From the NCBI GenBank assembly GCA_035356615.1, contig DAOQSN010000001.1, positions 259,254 to 323,253 of the forward strand: 64,000 bases of DNA, read 5' to 3'. The DNA comes from Phycisphaerae bacterium. GTDB taxonomy: Bacteria; Planctomycetota; Phycisphaerae; UBA1845. This document shows, in pieces, positions 50,734 to 59,378 of this stretch. Below the pieces are notes generated by a model. It was not told the DNA's origin. It saw nothing but the letters and a program-made list of their open reading frames with translations, and did not search any database. Position 1 is the first letter of the stretch. Each line of letters opens with the position of its first letter. The position numbers were made by a program, and so were the translations under genes.

Positions 50734-51706
50734 TGCTCAGGTGCCTGCCGGTCAGGTTAACAAAGACGTCTTCGAGGCTGGCGTGGCGGGTCGTCAGCCA
50801 CGCCAGACGGTCGCCGCGTGCCTCCAGGCGGCGCAGGACGGCCGGGAGCACCGCGTGCACTTCCGCGACGGTAAGGGTGATGGTGTTGTTTGTCCGGCGG
50901 GCCCCGCGAACGCCGTCCATACGCCTGAGCTCATCCGCGGCCGACGCCGGCGCGTCTCCGTTCGCGTCGAGCGTGAATTCGATGACGTGATCACCACCCA
51001 GCAACGCGATGAGCTGCGCGGGCGTCCCCAGGGCAATCACGCGGCCCTCGTCCACGACGGCCACCCGGTCGCAGAGACGCTCCGCCTCGTCCATGTAGTG
51101 CGTCGTCAGGACGATCGTGCAGCCGCGCTGGCGCTGCCCGCGGATGACCTCCCATACCGACCGCCGGGCCTGGGGATCGAGCCCCGTGGTCGGTTCGTCG
51201 AGGAAGAGCAGTTCCGGTTGGCCGACGAGGGCGCAACCCACGGCCAGTCGCTGCCGCTGCCCACCGGACAGGTTGACCACCCAACTGTCGCGCTTGTCGC
51301 TCAGACCGACGGTGGCCAGTACCTCCTCCGGATCGCTGCCGTCGCGGTAGAAGCTGCGGAACAGGCAGAGCGTCTCGAACGCGGTCAGCTTGTCGGCCAA
51401 GCGGGTTTCCTGGAGCGAGATGCCGAGGCGTTGGCGCAGGGCACGGTCGTCGTGCCCCCAGCGCCGGCCCAGCACCTCAACGGTGCCCGACGTGGGCGGC
51501 AGGATGCCTTCGAGAATCTCCACGGTGGTCGTCTTGCCGGCACCGTTGGGGCCCAGTAGCCCAAAGCACTCCTCGGGCCGCACCTCCAGGTCTAACCCCC
51601 GCAGGGCATCCACCGGCGCCTGTTGCCGCTGGCGGTAGCGCTTGCTGAGATCGCGGCAGAGAATGGCGGGAGTCGTGTCCACTGGGCGTTCGTACGCGCT
51701 TGGCAC
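50702..51706 (-). CDS. ABC transporter ATP-binding protein
   Basis: Walker A GLLGPNGAGKTTT, signature LSGGQRQRL and Walker B LLFLDEPT. Confidence 0.92.
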   Translation of the reverse strand: MPSAYERPVDTTPAILCRDLSKRYRQRQQAPVDALRGLDLEVRPEECFGLLGPNGAGKTTTVEILEGILPPTSGTVEVLGRRWGHDDRALRQRLGISLQETRLADKLTAFETLCLFRSFYRDGSDPEEVLATVGLSDKRDSWVVNLSGGQRQRLAVGCALVGQPELLFLDEPTTGLDPQARRSVWEVIRGQRQRGCTIVLTTHYMDEAERLCDRVAVVDEGRVIALGTPAQLIALLGGDHVIEFTLDANGDAPASAADELRRMDGVRGARRTNNTITLTVAEVHAVLPAVLRRLEARGDRLAWLTTRHASLEDVFVNLTGRHLSNDQQEVPTTA

Positions 51707-51913
51707 TCCACGGCAGCCGCAGGTCGTGTGCCTGGAGCCGATCGCCGGGGGCCGCTTGCCCTGGCTGCCGAAAGGCTGGGCCCCTGCCCAATCACGCCTC
51801 CAGCGCCGGACGGCGGATTGTCCGGGTGGTCGGGGGGAAGCGTCAAGCGCAAAGACAAGTTCCGGCCAATGGTACGGCGATGCGTCGGGGGCGGTTGTTT
51901 GCGGGGGGGCAGG

Positions 51914-52654
51914 TCAGGTTGGAGTCGGGGTGTCGGCGGGACGGGGGGTTCGCTCTTCGATCAGGAGACGCAGGTCCGCACTGGCGTGCTGCTCCTCGAG
52001 TTCCTGCATGAAGTGCCCGAACCGTTCGAGGCGGCGCTCCGCGAGGCGGCGGACCGCATCGAAGCGAAACGCGTCCTTCAAGCGGGCATCCCAGAAGCGG
52101 AACTCCTTCTGCCGCTGCCAGGTACGCAGCACGGACTCGATGTCCTTGCCTTCCTCGGCGCCGCGCCGAATGATGGGCCACAGCGAGAGCAAACCCACCT
52201 CGTTGAGGTTCTCGGCGTCGGTAACGATCTGCCCTTCGATGGTATCGATCTGGCGTTCGTTCAGGCTGCGGATGGCTCGGCTGGCACGGCGGAGGGATTC
52301 GGCAGGCAGCAGCCCTTCAAGCTGCTTCTCCATGAGCTGGGCCCCGAGGCTGCGATGGGCCTCCGAACCCGCGCGGTTGAGAATCTGCGCCCGCGCGACG
52401 CTGCTCTCGCGCAGGCGCATAACCCAGCCCGCGTCGTGGTACAACGCTGCCGCCAGAACCGCCGCATCATCGGGGTTCTGTTTGCGCACCTCGGGCAGAC
52501 GCGCGACCAACTGAGCGCACCGCGCCACGCGCTGCGCATGCTCCCATAAATAGGAGTCCTGTTGGCCGCGCTCGTCTACGATGATGAGATCGGCCCGGGC
52601 ACGGTTCCAAATCGCGTCCGCTTGAACCATGAGCCAGGGTGCTCCCGGCGGCAT
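51914..52654 (-). CDS. HD-domain protein
   Basis: H...HD pattern in WEHAQRVARC ... ALYHDAGW. An alternative start lies at 52630. Confidence 0.7.
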   Translation of the reverse strand: MPPGAPWLMVQADAIWNRARADLIIVDERGQQDSYLWEHAQRVARCAQLVARLPEVRKQNPDDAAVLAAALYHDAGWVMRLRESSVARAQILNRAGSEAHRSLGAQLMEKQLEGLLPAESLRRASRAIRSLNERQIDTIEGQIVTDAENLNEVGLLSLWPIIRRGAEEGKDIESVLRTWQRQKEFRFWDARLKDAFRFDAVRRLAERRLERFGHFMQELEEQHASADLRLLIEERTPRPADTPTPT

Positions 52655-52934
52655 GGGGAGCGCCTGCCTGGGCTATCGGTCGTGCTCGGCATCCGATGTT
52701 CCCGGCCGGCTTTGTCGCTATTTCCCCACACGCCTACCCCCTTCTTACTTCCCACTCCAAAAATCGCAGGTTGCCTTGCCCGCGCGCCACAGCAAGTTCC
52801 CGCGCGCCGCCCGATAACCATCACAACGCTGCTTAGGTCCTATTATAATGAGTCCGGGAACTGGATGCTACAGGAAAAATGGGTTCTTTTTGTAGCGTTA
52901 GAGAGGAAAAGCGGCTTCCTGGGGTACTTGGGCC

Positions 52935-54086
52935 CTAGACCGGCTCCTGCAGCCGGTAATAGCAGTCCCGGCGCCGGGGAGTCCACCCCGCAAACGTAAT
53001 GCATGCCCGAATCTCTTGTTCCGTGGCGAAATGGGTTGACCCGGCGGCAGACACTACGTTCTCCTCCATCATAACCGAGCCCATGTCGTTCGCCCCGAAG
53101 AAAAGTGCAAGTTGACCTAATTTAACGCCCTGGGTTACCCAGCTTGCCTGGATATTCGGGATGTTGTCCAGGAACAGCCGGGCCAAGGCCGTCGTCCGCA
53201 GGTACTCCGTGGCGTCGGCCAGCCGCAGGCGCTGCCCGTCCGGGAGGGATCGGCCGGGCTGGTGTGGGTCGACGGGGAAGCGCCCCAGGGGCGTCCCACC
53301 CGGCTGGAAGGTCCAGCCAATGTAGGCGGTGAATCCGCCGGTCTCGTCCTGAAGGTCGCGCAGTTGCCGCCAGTGCTCGATCCGCTCGGGGATGGTTTCG
53401 AGGTGCCCGAACATCATGGTGGCCGTCGTACGCATCCCCAGACGATGGGCCTCACGCATGACGGTGAGGTACTGGGTACTGTCGGCCTTGCCGGGAGAGA
53501 GGCGCCGCCGCAGGCGATCGGAGAGAATCTCCGCCCCGCCGCCGGGAATCGTATCCAACCCGGCCTCCCGGAGTCTGGCGAGCACGTCGGGCACGGTCAT
53601 GCCGAAGACCTGGTGAAACGCGTGAATCTCCGGCGGGCTGAAGGCGTGGATATGGATGCCAGGATAGTGGCACTTGATGAAGCGCAGCAGATCCAGGTAC
53701 CACGAAAACGTCAGGATTTCCGGCGGCACCAGCCCGCCCTGGAGCAACACCTGGGTGCCACCGATGGCGATCAGCTCCTCAATCTTGCGGCCGATCTCGG
53801 CAAAGGAAAGCACGTAGCCTTCCGGCAGGTCGCGGCGCGTCGGCGGCGAACCCGGCGGCTCCGCGTGGAAGTTGCAGAACAGGCAGCGGGCCGTGCAGTA
53901 GTTGGCGTAGTTGATGTTGCGGTCCACGACGTAAGTTCGGTACGGCTCGGGATGGAGGCGCATCGTCACCGCGTGTGCCCGTCGACCCAGCTCGTGCAGC
54001 GATAGACCCTGGTAGAGGTCCAGGGCGTCCGCGGGACCGAGACGCACCTGTGTCTGGCCGGCAGGTATGGCGGTACCGGCAGTCAT
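52935..54086 (-). CDS. mqnC: Radical SAM cyclic dehypoxanthinyl futalosine synthase (MqnC-type)
   Basis: VVDRNINYANYCTARCLFCNF (CxxxCxxC), FLDNIPNIQASW and GANDMGSVMMEENVVSAAG match my recollection of MqnC rather than MqnE (which has ..GSVVEYKITH). It is coupled to mqnA by an ATGA overlap. Confidence 0.75.
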   Translation of the reverse strand: MTAGTAIPAGQTQVRLGPADALDLYQGLSLHELGRRAHAVTMRLHPEPYRTYVVDRNINYANYCTARCLFCNFHAEPPGSPPTRRDLPEGYVLSFAEIGRKIEELIAIGGTQVLLQGGLVPPEILTFSWYLDLLRFIKCHYPGIHIHAFSPPEIHAFHQVFGMTVPDVLARLREAGLDTIPGGGAEILSDRLRRRLSPGKADSTQYLTVMREAHRLGMRTTATMMFGHLETIPERIEHWRQLRDLQDETGGFTAYIGWTFQPGGTPLGRFPVDPHQPGRSLPDGQRLRLADATEYLRTTALARLFLDNIPNIQASWVTQGVKLGQLALFFGANDMGSVMMEENVVSAAGSTHFATEQEIRACITFAGWTPRRRDCYYRLQEPV

Positions 54087-54853
54087 GTGCAGGCGAGCTC
54101 CGGGGCGGCCGCCAGCCCATGGCGGGCGAGTAAGCCGAAGAATCGCTGCATGCCGGCCTGATGATGCTCAGTCAGGGTGAATTGCAGGTGCCGAGTCAGG
54201 TAGCTCCGCGCCAGGTCAACCGGCCAACCCATGCGGGGGCCGAACGTCCGGGCGATGCGGCGGGCGACACGGACGCCTTCGTCGCGGGCCCGGCTCAGGC
54301 GAGCGGCCACCCCGCTGAGGTTCCGGTCCGCCGCCCCCGCCCAGACGGCGAAGACAAAGGGCAGGCCGGTAAGCGACTGCCAGGCCGCCCCGAGGTCCAC
54401 CGCGGCCGGGAAGGCGTCCGTCGCCTGCCGGATGACCTTGTCCCCTATCAGAAGGACGGCCTCGATGCCGCCGGCCGGCTCCCGCCCCGTGTAGGCCTCC
54501 AGACGCAGCTCACACCCAAATAGCTCCCGCCACAGCAGCCGGGCGAGCAGGACTGAGGTATGCGAATCGCCATCCACGTGGAGAGTGCGGACGCGTGCCG
54601 GGGCTACGCGGCAGAACACCCGTACCGTCAGGGTCTCTCCACTGCACCCGATGCACGCGTCGGAGACGATGCGCCAGGCGTTGCCGGCCTCCAGCAGGTC
54701 CACCACCGGGACGAGGGCCACCTCCGCGGCGCCCGCATGCAGCAGGCCCGGCAGGCGGGCGGGAACGTCGTAAACCACCGCGCAGGCCGGGTCTTGGTCC
54801 AGACCGTGGACAAGTGGGCGCGTGTTAAGGAACGAAACGGCCGCGATACGCAT
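54083..54853 (-). CDS. mqnA: Chorismate dehydratase (futalosine pathway MqnA)
   Basis: 256 aa from the internal ATG. It has MRIAAVSFLNTRPLVHGL, LLIGDKV and GLPFVFAVWA. The longer ORF N-terminus runs through repeats C2/C3. Confidence 0.8.
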   Translation of the reverse strand: MRIAAVSFLNTRPLVHGLDQDPACAVVYDVPARLPGLLHAGAAEVALVPVVDLLEAGNAWRIVSDACIGCSGETLTVRVFCRVAPARVRTLHVDGDSHTSVLLARLLWRELFGCELRLEAYTGREPAGGIEAVLLIGDKVIRQATDAFPAAVDLGAAWQSLTGLPFVFAVWAGAADRNLSGVAARLSRARDEGVRVARRIARTFGPRMGWPVDLARSYLTRHLQFTLTEHHQAGMQRFFGLLARHGLAAAPELACT

Positions 54854-55010
54854 GGGGGAGGATACCGCCTTGCTCGCGGTGGGCACGTCTAACGCTCCTG
54901 TGGCCGGTCCCGAGCGACCGTGTTGATCCGCCGTGGCAACGGTGCCGCCCCGGGCAGGTGGTTGGTCTCCACTGCTAGGAGCACGCGCTGATGCACTAGG
55001 AGGCGTCATC

Positions 55011-55142
55011 GCCTTCGCTGCCCTCGCCCCTGCCCCTCCCGCGGGGAGAGGGGTCATCTGTCGCGTGCCCGCCTCCACTGCCCTCACCCCTGCCCCTCTC
55101 CCGCGGGGGGAGGGGTCAGACGCCGCACGCCAGCGCGTCGCC
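55011..55142. repeat. Repeat family C, tandem copies C2 and C3
   Basis: There are two units of CGCCT(T/C)C.CTGCCCTC.CCCCTGCCCCT(C)TCCCGCGGGG(GG)AGGGGTCA. C3 also carries the ACGCCGCACGCCAG tail seen in C1. Confidence 0.8.
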
Positions 55143-56177
55143 TTACAGTGGCGGATTATAGGGGTGTGCGGGGGGCAGGAAAACCCAGCCCCGGCCGCAG
55201 GTGAGCATCCGAATCGCGCCCTCGGCCGGCAGCGCCAACAAGGCGGACACTTCCGGATGTTCCCGGCAATACTGCTCCACTTCAGGTGGCGACAGGACCA
55301 TGAAGGCGGTGGAAAGGGCATCGGCCAGGGCGGCCGAGGGTGCCAGGGCCCAGGCGGCGAGCGCCTGCTCGGCCGGTCTGCCGGTCCGCGGGTCGATGAT
55401 GTGGGGGCCGTGCAGGTGCCGGCCTGAACCACTCAACACCCCGGTGGAGAGCGAGACCCGCGTCGGGAAGTCCGCCGGGAAGGAGGACACCAGGGGTCCC
55501 GCCACCTGCCTCAACTGCACCGTCCAGCCCGCCTCCCCCGGTGGCACACCGAGCACCAGGACCGTGCTCTGCCCGGCGTGGATGAGCCCGACGTCGAGCC
55601 GCCAATCGCGGAGCAGTTCGGCCGCCCGATCCAGGGCGTATCCCTTGCCGATGCCGCCGAGGTCAACGCGCACGCCGCGGGCGTTCGCGGTCACCGTGTG
55701 ACGAGTGCGGTCCACGTCGATGAGCGGGCGACTTGCGGGCACTCCCCAGCCGGGTGCAAGGCCTCCGTCCTCGAGTGCTCCCGCGTCGCCGGCGGCTGCG
55801 GCGTTCGCCACGGCGCCGCGCCGTCGCCAGTCCAGACCCCCTGCGGTCACGTCAAACGCTCCCCACGTATCGACGCGCAGCCGTTCCGCCAGGTCCAGGC
55901 ACTCGGAGGTGTCCGCGCTGACGCGCAGCCACCCGCCCAGCGGCACCGTGGCGAGCCGGGCGATGTCGCTGTGCGGCACGAAGCGACTCAACTCCTGTTC
56001 GAGTCGGTCGATCTCCGCAAACACGGTCCGCGCAGCCTGTCCGGCATAGCGGGCGTCCTCGGTGGCGAGGTACAGCTCGAACGTGCAGGCCATCGCCTCG
56101 TGCGCGAAGCGCTGGATGCCGCCACCTGCCGGCGAGGCGGACTCGTGCGTGTCGAAGCTGTGGGGAGGCGTGGTCAT
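55143..56177 (-). CDS. apbE: FAD:protein FMN transferase
   Basis: 344-aa ORF with FAHEAMACTFELYL, FAEIDRLEQELSRFVPHSDI and DLGGIGKGYALD. Confidence 0.88.
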   Translation of the reverse strand: MTTPPHSFDTHESASPAGGGIQRFAHEAMACTFELYLATEDARYAGQAARTVFAEIDRLEQELSRFVPHSDIARLATVPLGGWLRVSADTSECLDLAERLRVDTWGAFDVTAGGLDWRRRGAVANAAAAGDAGALEDGGLAPGWGVPASRPLIDVDRTRHTVTANARGVRVDLGGIGKGYALDRAAELLRDWRLDVGLIHAGQSTVLVLGVPPGEAGWTVQLRQVAGPLVSSFPADFPTRVSLSTGVLSGSGRHLHGPHIIDPRTGRPAEQALAAWALAPSAALADALSTAFMVLSPPEVEQYCREHPEVSALLALPAEGAIRMLTCGRGWVFLPPAHPYNPPL

Positions 56178-56248
56178 CAGTCTCGCTCAGCGGCCGTGGC
56201 GCCCACCTCTAAACAGGTTCCTACATTGGGCAAACCGACAGCAAGGCC

Positions 56249-56348
56249 AGGGTGGCATGGCCAAGCGCAGCGCCGCCATGCCCTTCCTCCGACGGGCACC
56301 TGCTGCAACGTCATGCCGGCGCCTTCGGCTTGGGCATGCCACCCTCCC
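56249..56348 (+). repeat. Repeat family A, copy A5 (closest to consensus)
   Basis: Reads GGGTGGCATGGCCAAGCGCAGCGCCGCCATGCC ... CATGCCGGCGCCTTCGGCTTGGGCATGCCACCC. It overlaps the last 12 codons and the stop of the GT-C gene. Confidence 0.88.
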
Positions 56349-57921
56349 GTTTTCCGGTTGGCGCGGTCCCGCTTGGGCCGTGTTGCAGGTACTTCTCCCA
56401 CAAGCCACGCTCCACGTACAGCAGCAGAGCGGCGTCCGGCCGCAGGCCGTAGAAGCTGCTGATATACGAGTCACGCAGGGCCGGTTGCAGTTTGTCGGCG
56501 AGCTCCGCCGCGCACACGATCACCGGCGCGTCCGCATCGGCCGGTACACTCTCCCAGTAGCCGACGCGCTCCAGCCGACGGAAGTACCACGGCAGAGGCC
56601 AGCAGTCCGACGCTATTACTCTTACGAACATCCGCCGGCCGTCCGGATGCTGCCGGGCGAGTTCCTCCACGCGTCGGCCCAAGCGTACCACGTCAAAGCC
56701 CGGCTGGGCGTATACATACGGGTTGCGCGGATCGGCGCAGTACGTGTAACCGGCGGCATACGCCTGGCGGGCCAGGTGTGCGCCGCCCGCTGCCAGGGCC
56801 AGCGTGAGCGCCCACCGCCCGAATCGCCGTCGCCCGGCCCGCCACAGCGCCACCGCGCCGACACCCGCAAGCAGCACCATGCCGTGCAGGAAGCCCAGCA
56901 TGCACCACGGCGTCTTGTAGGGTATCGCCGAGTAGAGACCCGTCAGGAGCAGTGTGTACACAGCTAGAAAGCGCAGCCAACGGATGTCACCGCCGCCCCC
57001 ACCGCGCCCCGCCAGTGCTGCTGCGGTGCCCACGGCGGCCAAGCCTACAATGAGAGCCTCGCTCCACCAGGGACCGGGCACGTACTGTGTAAACAGCAGC
57101 AGCTTCAGGTAGTAGTACCACGGGTGCGTGTGGATGCCGCCGCCGGCGCGGTCAAGGTACGTACCGTAGGCGAGCCAGGCGTCGACGATCCCGCGCGGGT
57201 GCGTACCGAATGCCGAGAACAGGATCGCCGAGGTGAGCACGGCCGCCGAGACTACCGCAACCCAGCCTTTCCACCAGCCGTACCTGCGGCTGGGCGCCAT
57301 ATCTGCCGTCCCTCGGGCTGCCCGTCGTTCCCACAGGTACGTAACCAGCGAAGCGCCGGCGAAAGCGGCGTAGACGATGATGCAGGTTTCCTTTGTGGCC
57401 TGCATGGCACCGAGCCCCACACCGGTCAGGACCGCCCAGCCCGGCTGCCTGCTGCGAACATAGCGCCACCCGCCCGCCAGGGTCAGCAGGGTGAAGAAGA
57501 GCAGCACGGTTTCCTGTATGTAGTATCTGCTGTAGAAGACCAAGGCAGGTGACACGGCCGTCAGGACGCCCGCGACGAGCGTGGCCGCCCGGCCCAGCGC
57601 ATCCCGCAACAGCCACAGGAGCGGCAGCAGTCCCGCGCCCAGTAGCACAGGAACGATGCGAAACGTGCCTTCCGCGGTGTCGCTCAGAGCCGACCCCCCG
57701 TGCAGCCACGCGCTCGGCAGGGTCAGATAGTACAAAGTGGGGCCGTGGTATTCATATGGATCGTAATGGTACGACCCGGTGCGCCGCAGTTCGTCAAACT
57801 TGATGGTATGGACGGCCTCATCGCCGTGCATGGGTCGGCGGTCAAGCTGAGGCAGACGCAGCGCCAGGGCCGCGGCCATGGCGGCCAGCAATCCCAATGC
57901 CCATGCCCATCCGTGCTTCAT
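56311..57921 (-). CDS. GT-C fold membrane glycosyltransferase (GT39/ArnT-like, TIGR03663-like)
   Basis: 536-aa ORF. RPMHGDEAVHTIKF and YHYDPYEYHGPTLYY are followed by about 11 TM segments and a C-terminal soluble domain. The ATG overlaps the upstream TGA. Confidence 0.8.
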   Translation of the reverse strand: MKHGWAWALGLLAAMAAALALRLPQLDRRPMHGDEAVHTIKFDELRRTGSYHYDPYEYHGPTLYYLTLPSAWLHGGSALSDTAEGTFRIVPVLLGAGLLPLLWLLRDALGRAATLVAGVLTAVSPALVFYSRYYIQETVLLFFTLLTLAGGWRYVRSRQPGWAVLTGVGLGAMQATKETCIIVYAAFAGASLVTYLWERRAARGTADMAPSRRYGWWKGWVAVVSAAVLTSAILFSAFGTHPRGIVDAWLAYGTYLDRAGGGIHTHPWYYYLKLLLFTQYVPGPWWSEALIVGLAAVGTAAALAGRGGGGGDIRWLRFLAVYTLLLTGLYSAIPYKTPWCMLGFLHGMVLLAGVGAVALWRAGRRRFGRWALTLALAAGGAHLARQAYAAGYTYCADPRNPYVYAQPGFDVVRLGRRVEELARQHPDGRRMFVRVIASDCWPLPWYFRRLERVGYWESVPADADAPVIVCAAELADKLQPALRDSYISSFYGLRPDAALLLYVERGLWEKYLQHGPSGTAPTGKREGGMPKPKAPA

Positions 57922-58652
57922 TCCACCGGCTGCCCGTACACCTCCACCTCGGTGTAGTGGTTCTGGTCGTCGGACGTGCTGCCGTTGCTGTAGAGGCGGA
58001 CGTAGCGGGCGGGCACGCCCTTAGCGTCGATGAGCTTGCCTTCGTAGGTCTCCCAGTACTCCATGTCTTCTCCGAGCCCGAGGCCGGAGGAGTTGTCGTG
58101 GTCGTTGTTGAAGACCGTGCGCACGTTGGTGATGAAGTCCGCGTCGTCGCTGACCTGCACGACCACGTCATGGTAAACGCGCGCGCTGGCGTGGTAGTGC
58201 CAGACGACGACGGCGCAGACCTTGTGGGGCTTGCCCAGGTCGATCTGCACGTACTGCAGACGCGGCCCCAGCTCGACGTAGCCGCCCTCGCTCGCCTCCT
58301 TGTCGCCGTCGGTGACCAGCTTCATGGACCCGATGATGGGATCGTTGTCACTGCTAGTGACGGGTTTGTCCTTGGCAACATTAACAGTTCCCTGCGGGGC
58401 AAGGAACGGCTCGCGCGGGGCGGAGCGCGGCTTCTCCAGCCGGCTGCCCGGCGGCACGTGCTTGGGCGTGCCTTTGAACGCCGGCTTTGGCAGCTTCAGA
58501 TCGATAGGGACCAGGTCGCCGGCCGGCGCCGGTGACGCCGCACCCGCCTTGACCGGCTCCTCGCTCTGCTGCGCAAGCCCCACGTTCAGGAGCAAGCCGA
58601 GGCCGAATAACATAGTCACCACGCCGATTACACACAAACGCCTATTTGCCAT
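57918..58652 (-). CDS. Membrane-anchored discoidin (F5/8 type C)-domain protein
   Basis: N-terminal anchor CVIGVVTMLFGLGLLL, a Pro/Ala linker, then a jelly-roll-like VQIDLGKPHKVCAVVVWHY...ARYVRLYSNG...EVEVYG. Confidence 0.75.
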   Translation of the reverse strand: MANRRLCVIGVVTMLFGLGLLLNVGLAQQSEEPVKAGAASPAPAGDLVPIDLKLPKPAFKGTPKHVPPGSRLEKPRSAPREPFLAPQGTVNVAKDKPVTSSDNDPIIGSMKLVTDGDKEASEGGYVELGPRLQYVQIDLGKPHKVCAVVVWHYHASARVYHDVVVQVSDDADFITNVRTVFNNDHDNSSGLGLGEDMEYWETYEGKLIDAKGVPARYVRLYSNGSTSDDQNHYTEVEVYGQPVE

Positions 58653-59367
58653 GTTTATGCCCCTGCTGCTTCTGCAACTGTTCCCACCATGTAGGGTAGT
58701 AATACCGAACGTACTGCTCCTCGGCGGCGCCGGTTACGAGGGTCCGCCACGCTCCCCGGCGCACCAGCAGCAGTGCGTAGGCTCCCCCCAGCACGACTAC
58801 CATGAGTGCCAGGGTAGAGTAGCGATGGACGCCGGCGAGGACCTCCTGGCCCTCGTCGCCGAAGACGGGAACCAGGGTGGCCATGATCGACACGAGCGCC
58901 ACGAACCCCAAAGTCACGCCCAGCCAGAAGAACAGCTTCTGACCGGCATCGAAGCGCCCAGCCGGTAGCGGGCGCTGCTTCCCGAAGAGCGCGCCGCCGT
59001 GCGCCAGCCAGGCCGCGTCGTGCGGAGCGAATCGGCAGCGCTCGGCGAAGGTGACGGCCGCGGCCGCCAGACCCAGCGCGAAGCCCGGCGCCGCCAGCAT
59101 GTGCACCCACAGTCGCCACTCCTCCAGCCCTTCCTCGCTAAAGGCCCCGCTCAGCCCCGTCCCCACCAGGACGAGGAAGCACACGCCGGTGACGGCGAGG
59201 ACGAACCGGTCCCAAGCACCGTACCGTCGTACCCGCGTACCGCCCGGCGACCAGGCGGCCTGCCGTCGGCGCCCCCACACTGCGTAGTGGACGGCCAAGG
59301 CGACCACCGCCACGGCCAGCGCGACGATGGCCGTGATCGAGAATACGAGCGTTTCTTCGCCTTCCAT
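58642..59367 (-). CDS. Di-haem cytochrome b membrane subunit (FdnI / Ni-Fe-hydrogenase cytochrome b family)
   Basis: 4-5 TM helices with His in HYAVW, WVHMLA and GVHRYS. It has the family-typical RFDAGQKLFFW. The ATG lies 12 nt after the cytochrome c stop. Confidence 0.75.
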   Translation of the reverse strand: MEGEETLVFSITAIVALAVAVVALAVHYAVWGRRRQAAWSPGGTRVRRYGAWDRFVLAVTGVCFLVLVGTGLSGAFSEEGLEEWRLWVHMLAAPGFALGLAAAAVTFAERCRFAPHDAAWLAHGGALFGKQRPLPAGRFDAGQKLFFWLGVTLGFVALVSIMATLVPVFGDEGQEVLAGVHRYSTLALMVVVLGGAYALLLVRRGAWRTLVTGAAEEQYVRYYYPTWWEQLQKQQGHKHGK

Positions 59368-59378
59368 GCCAACGCGCC

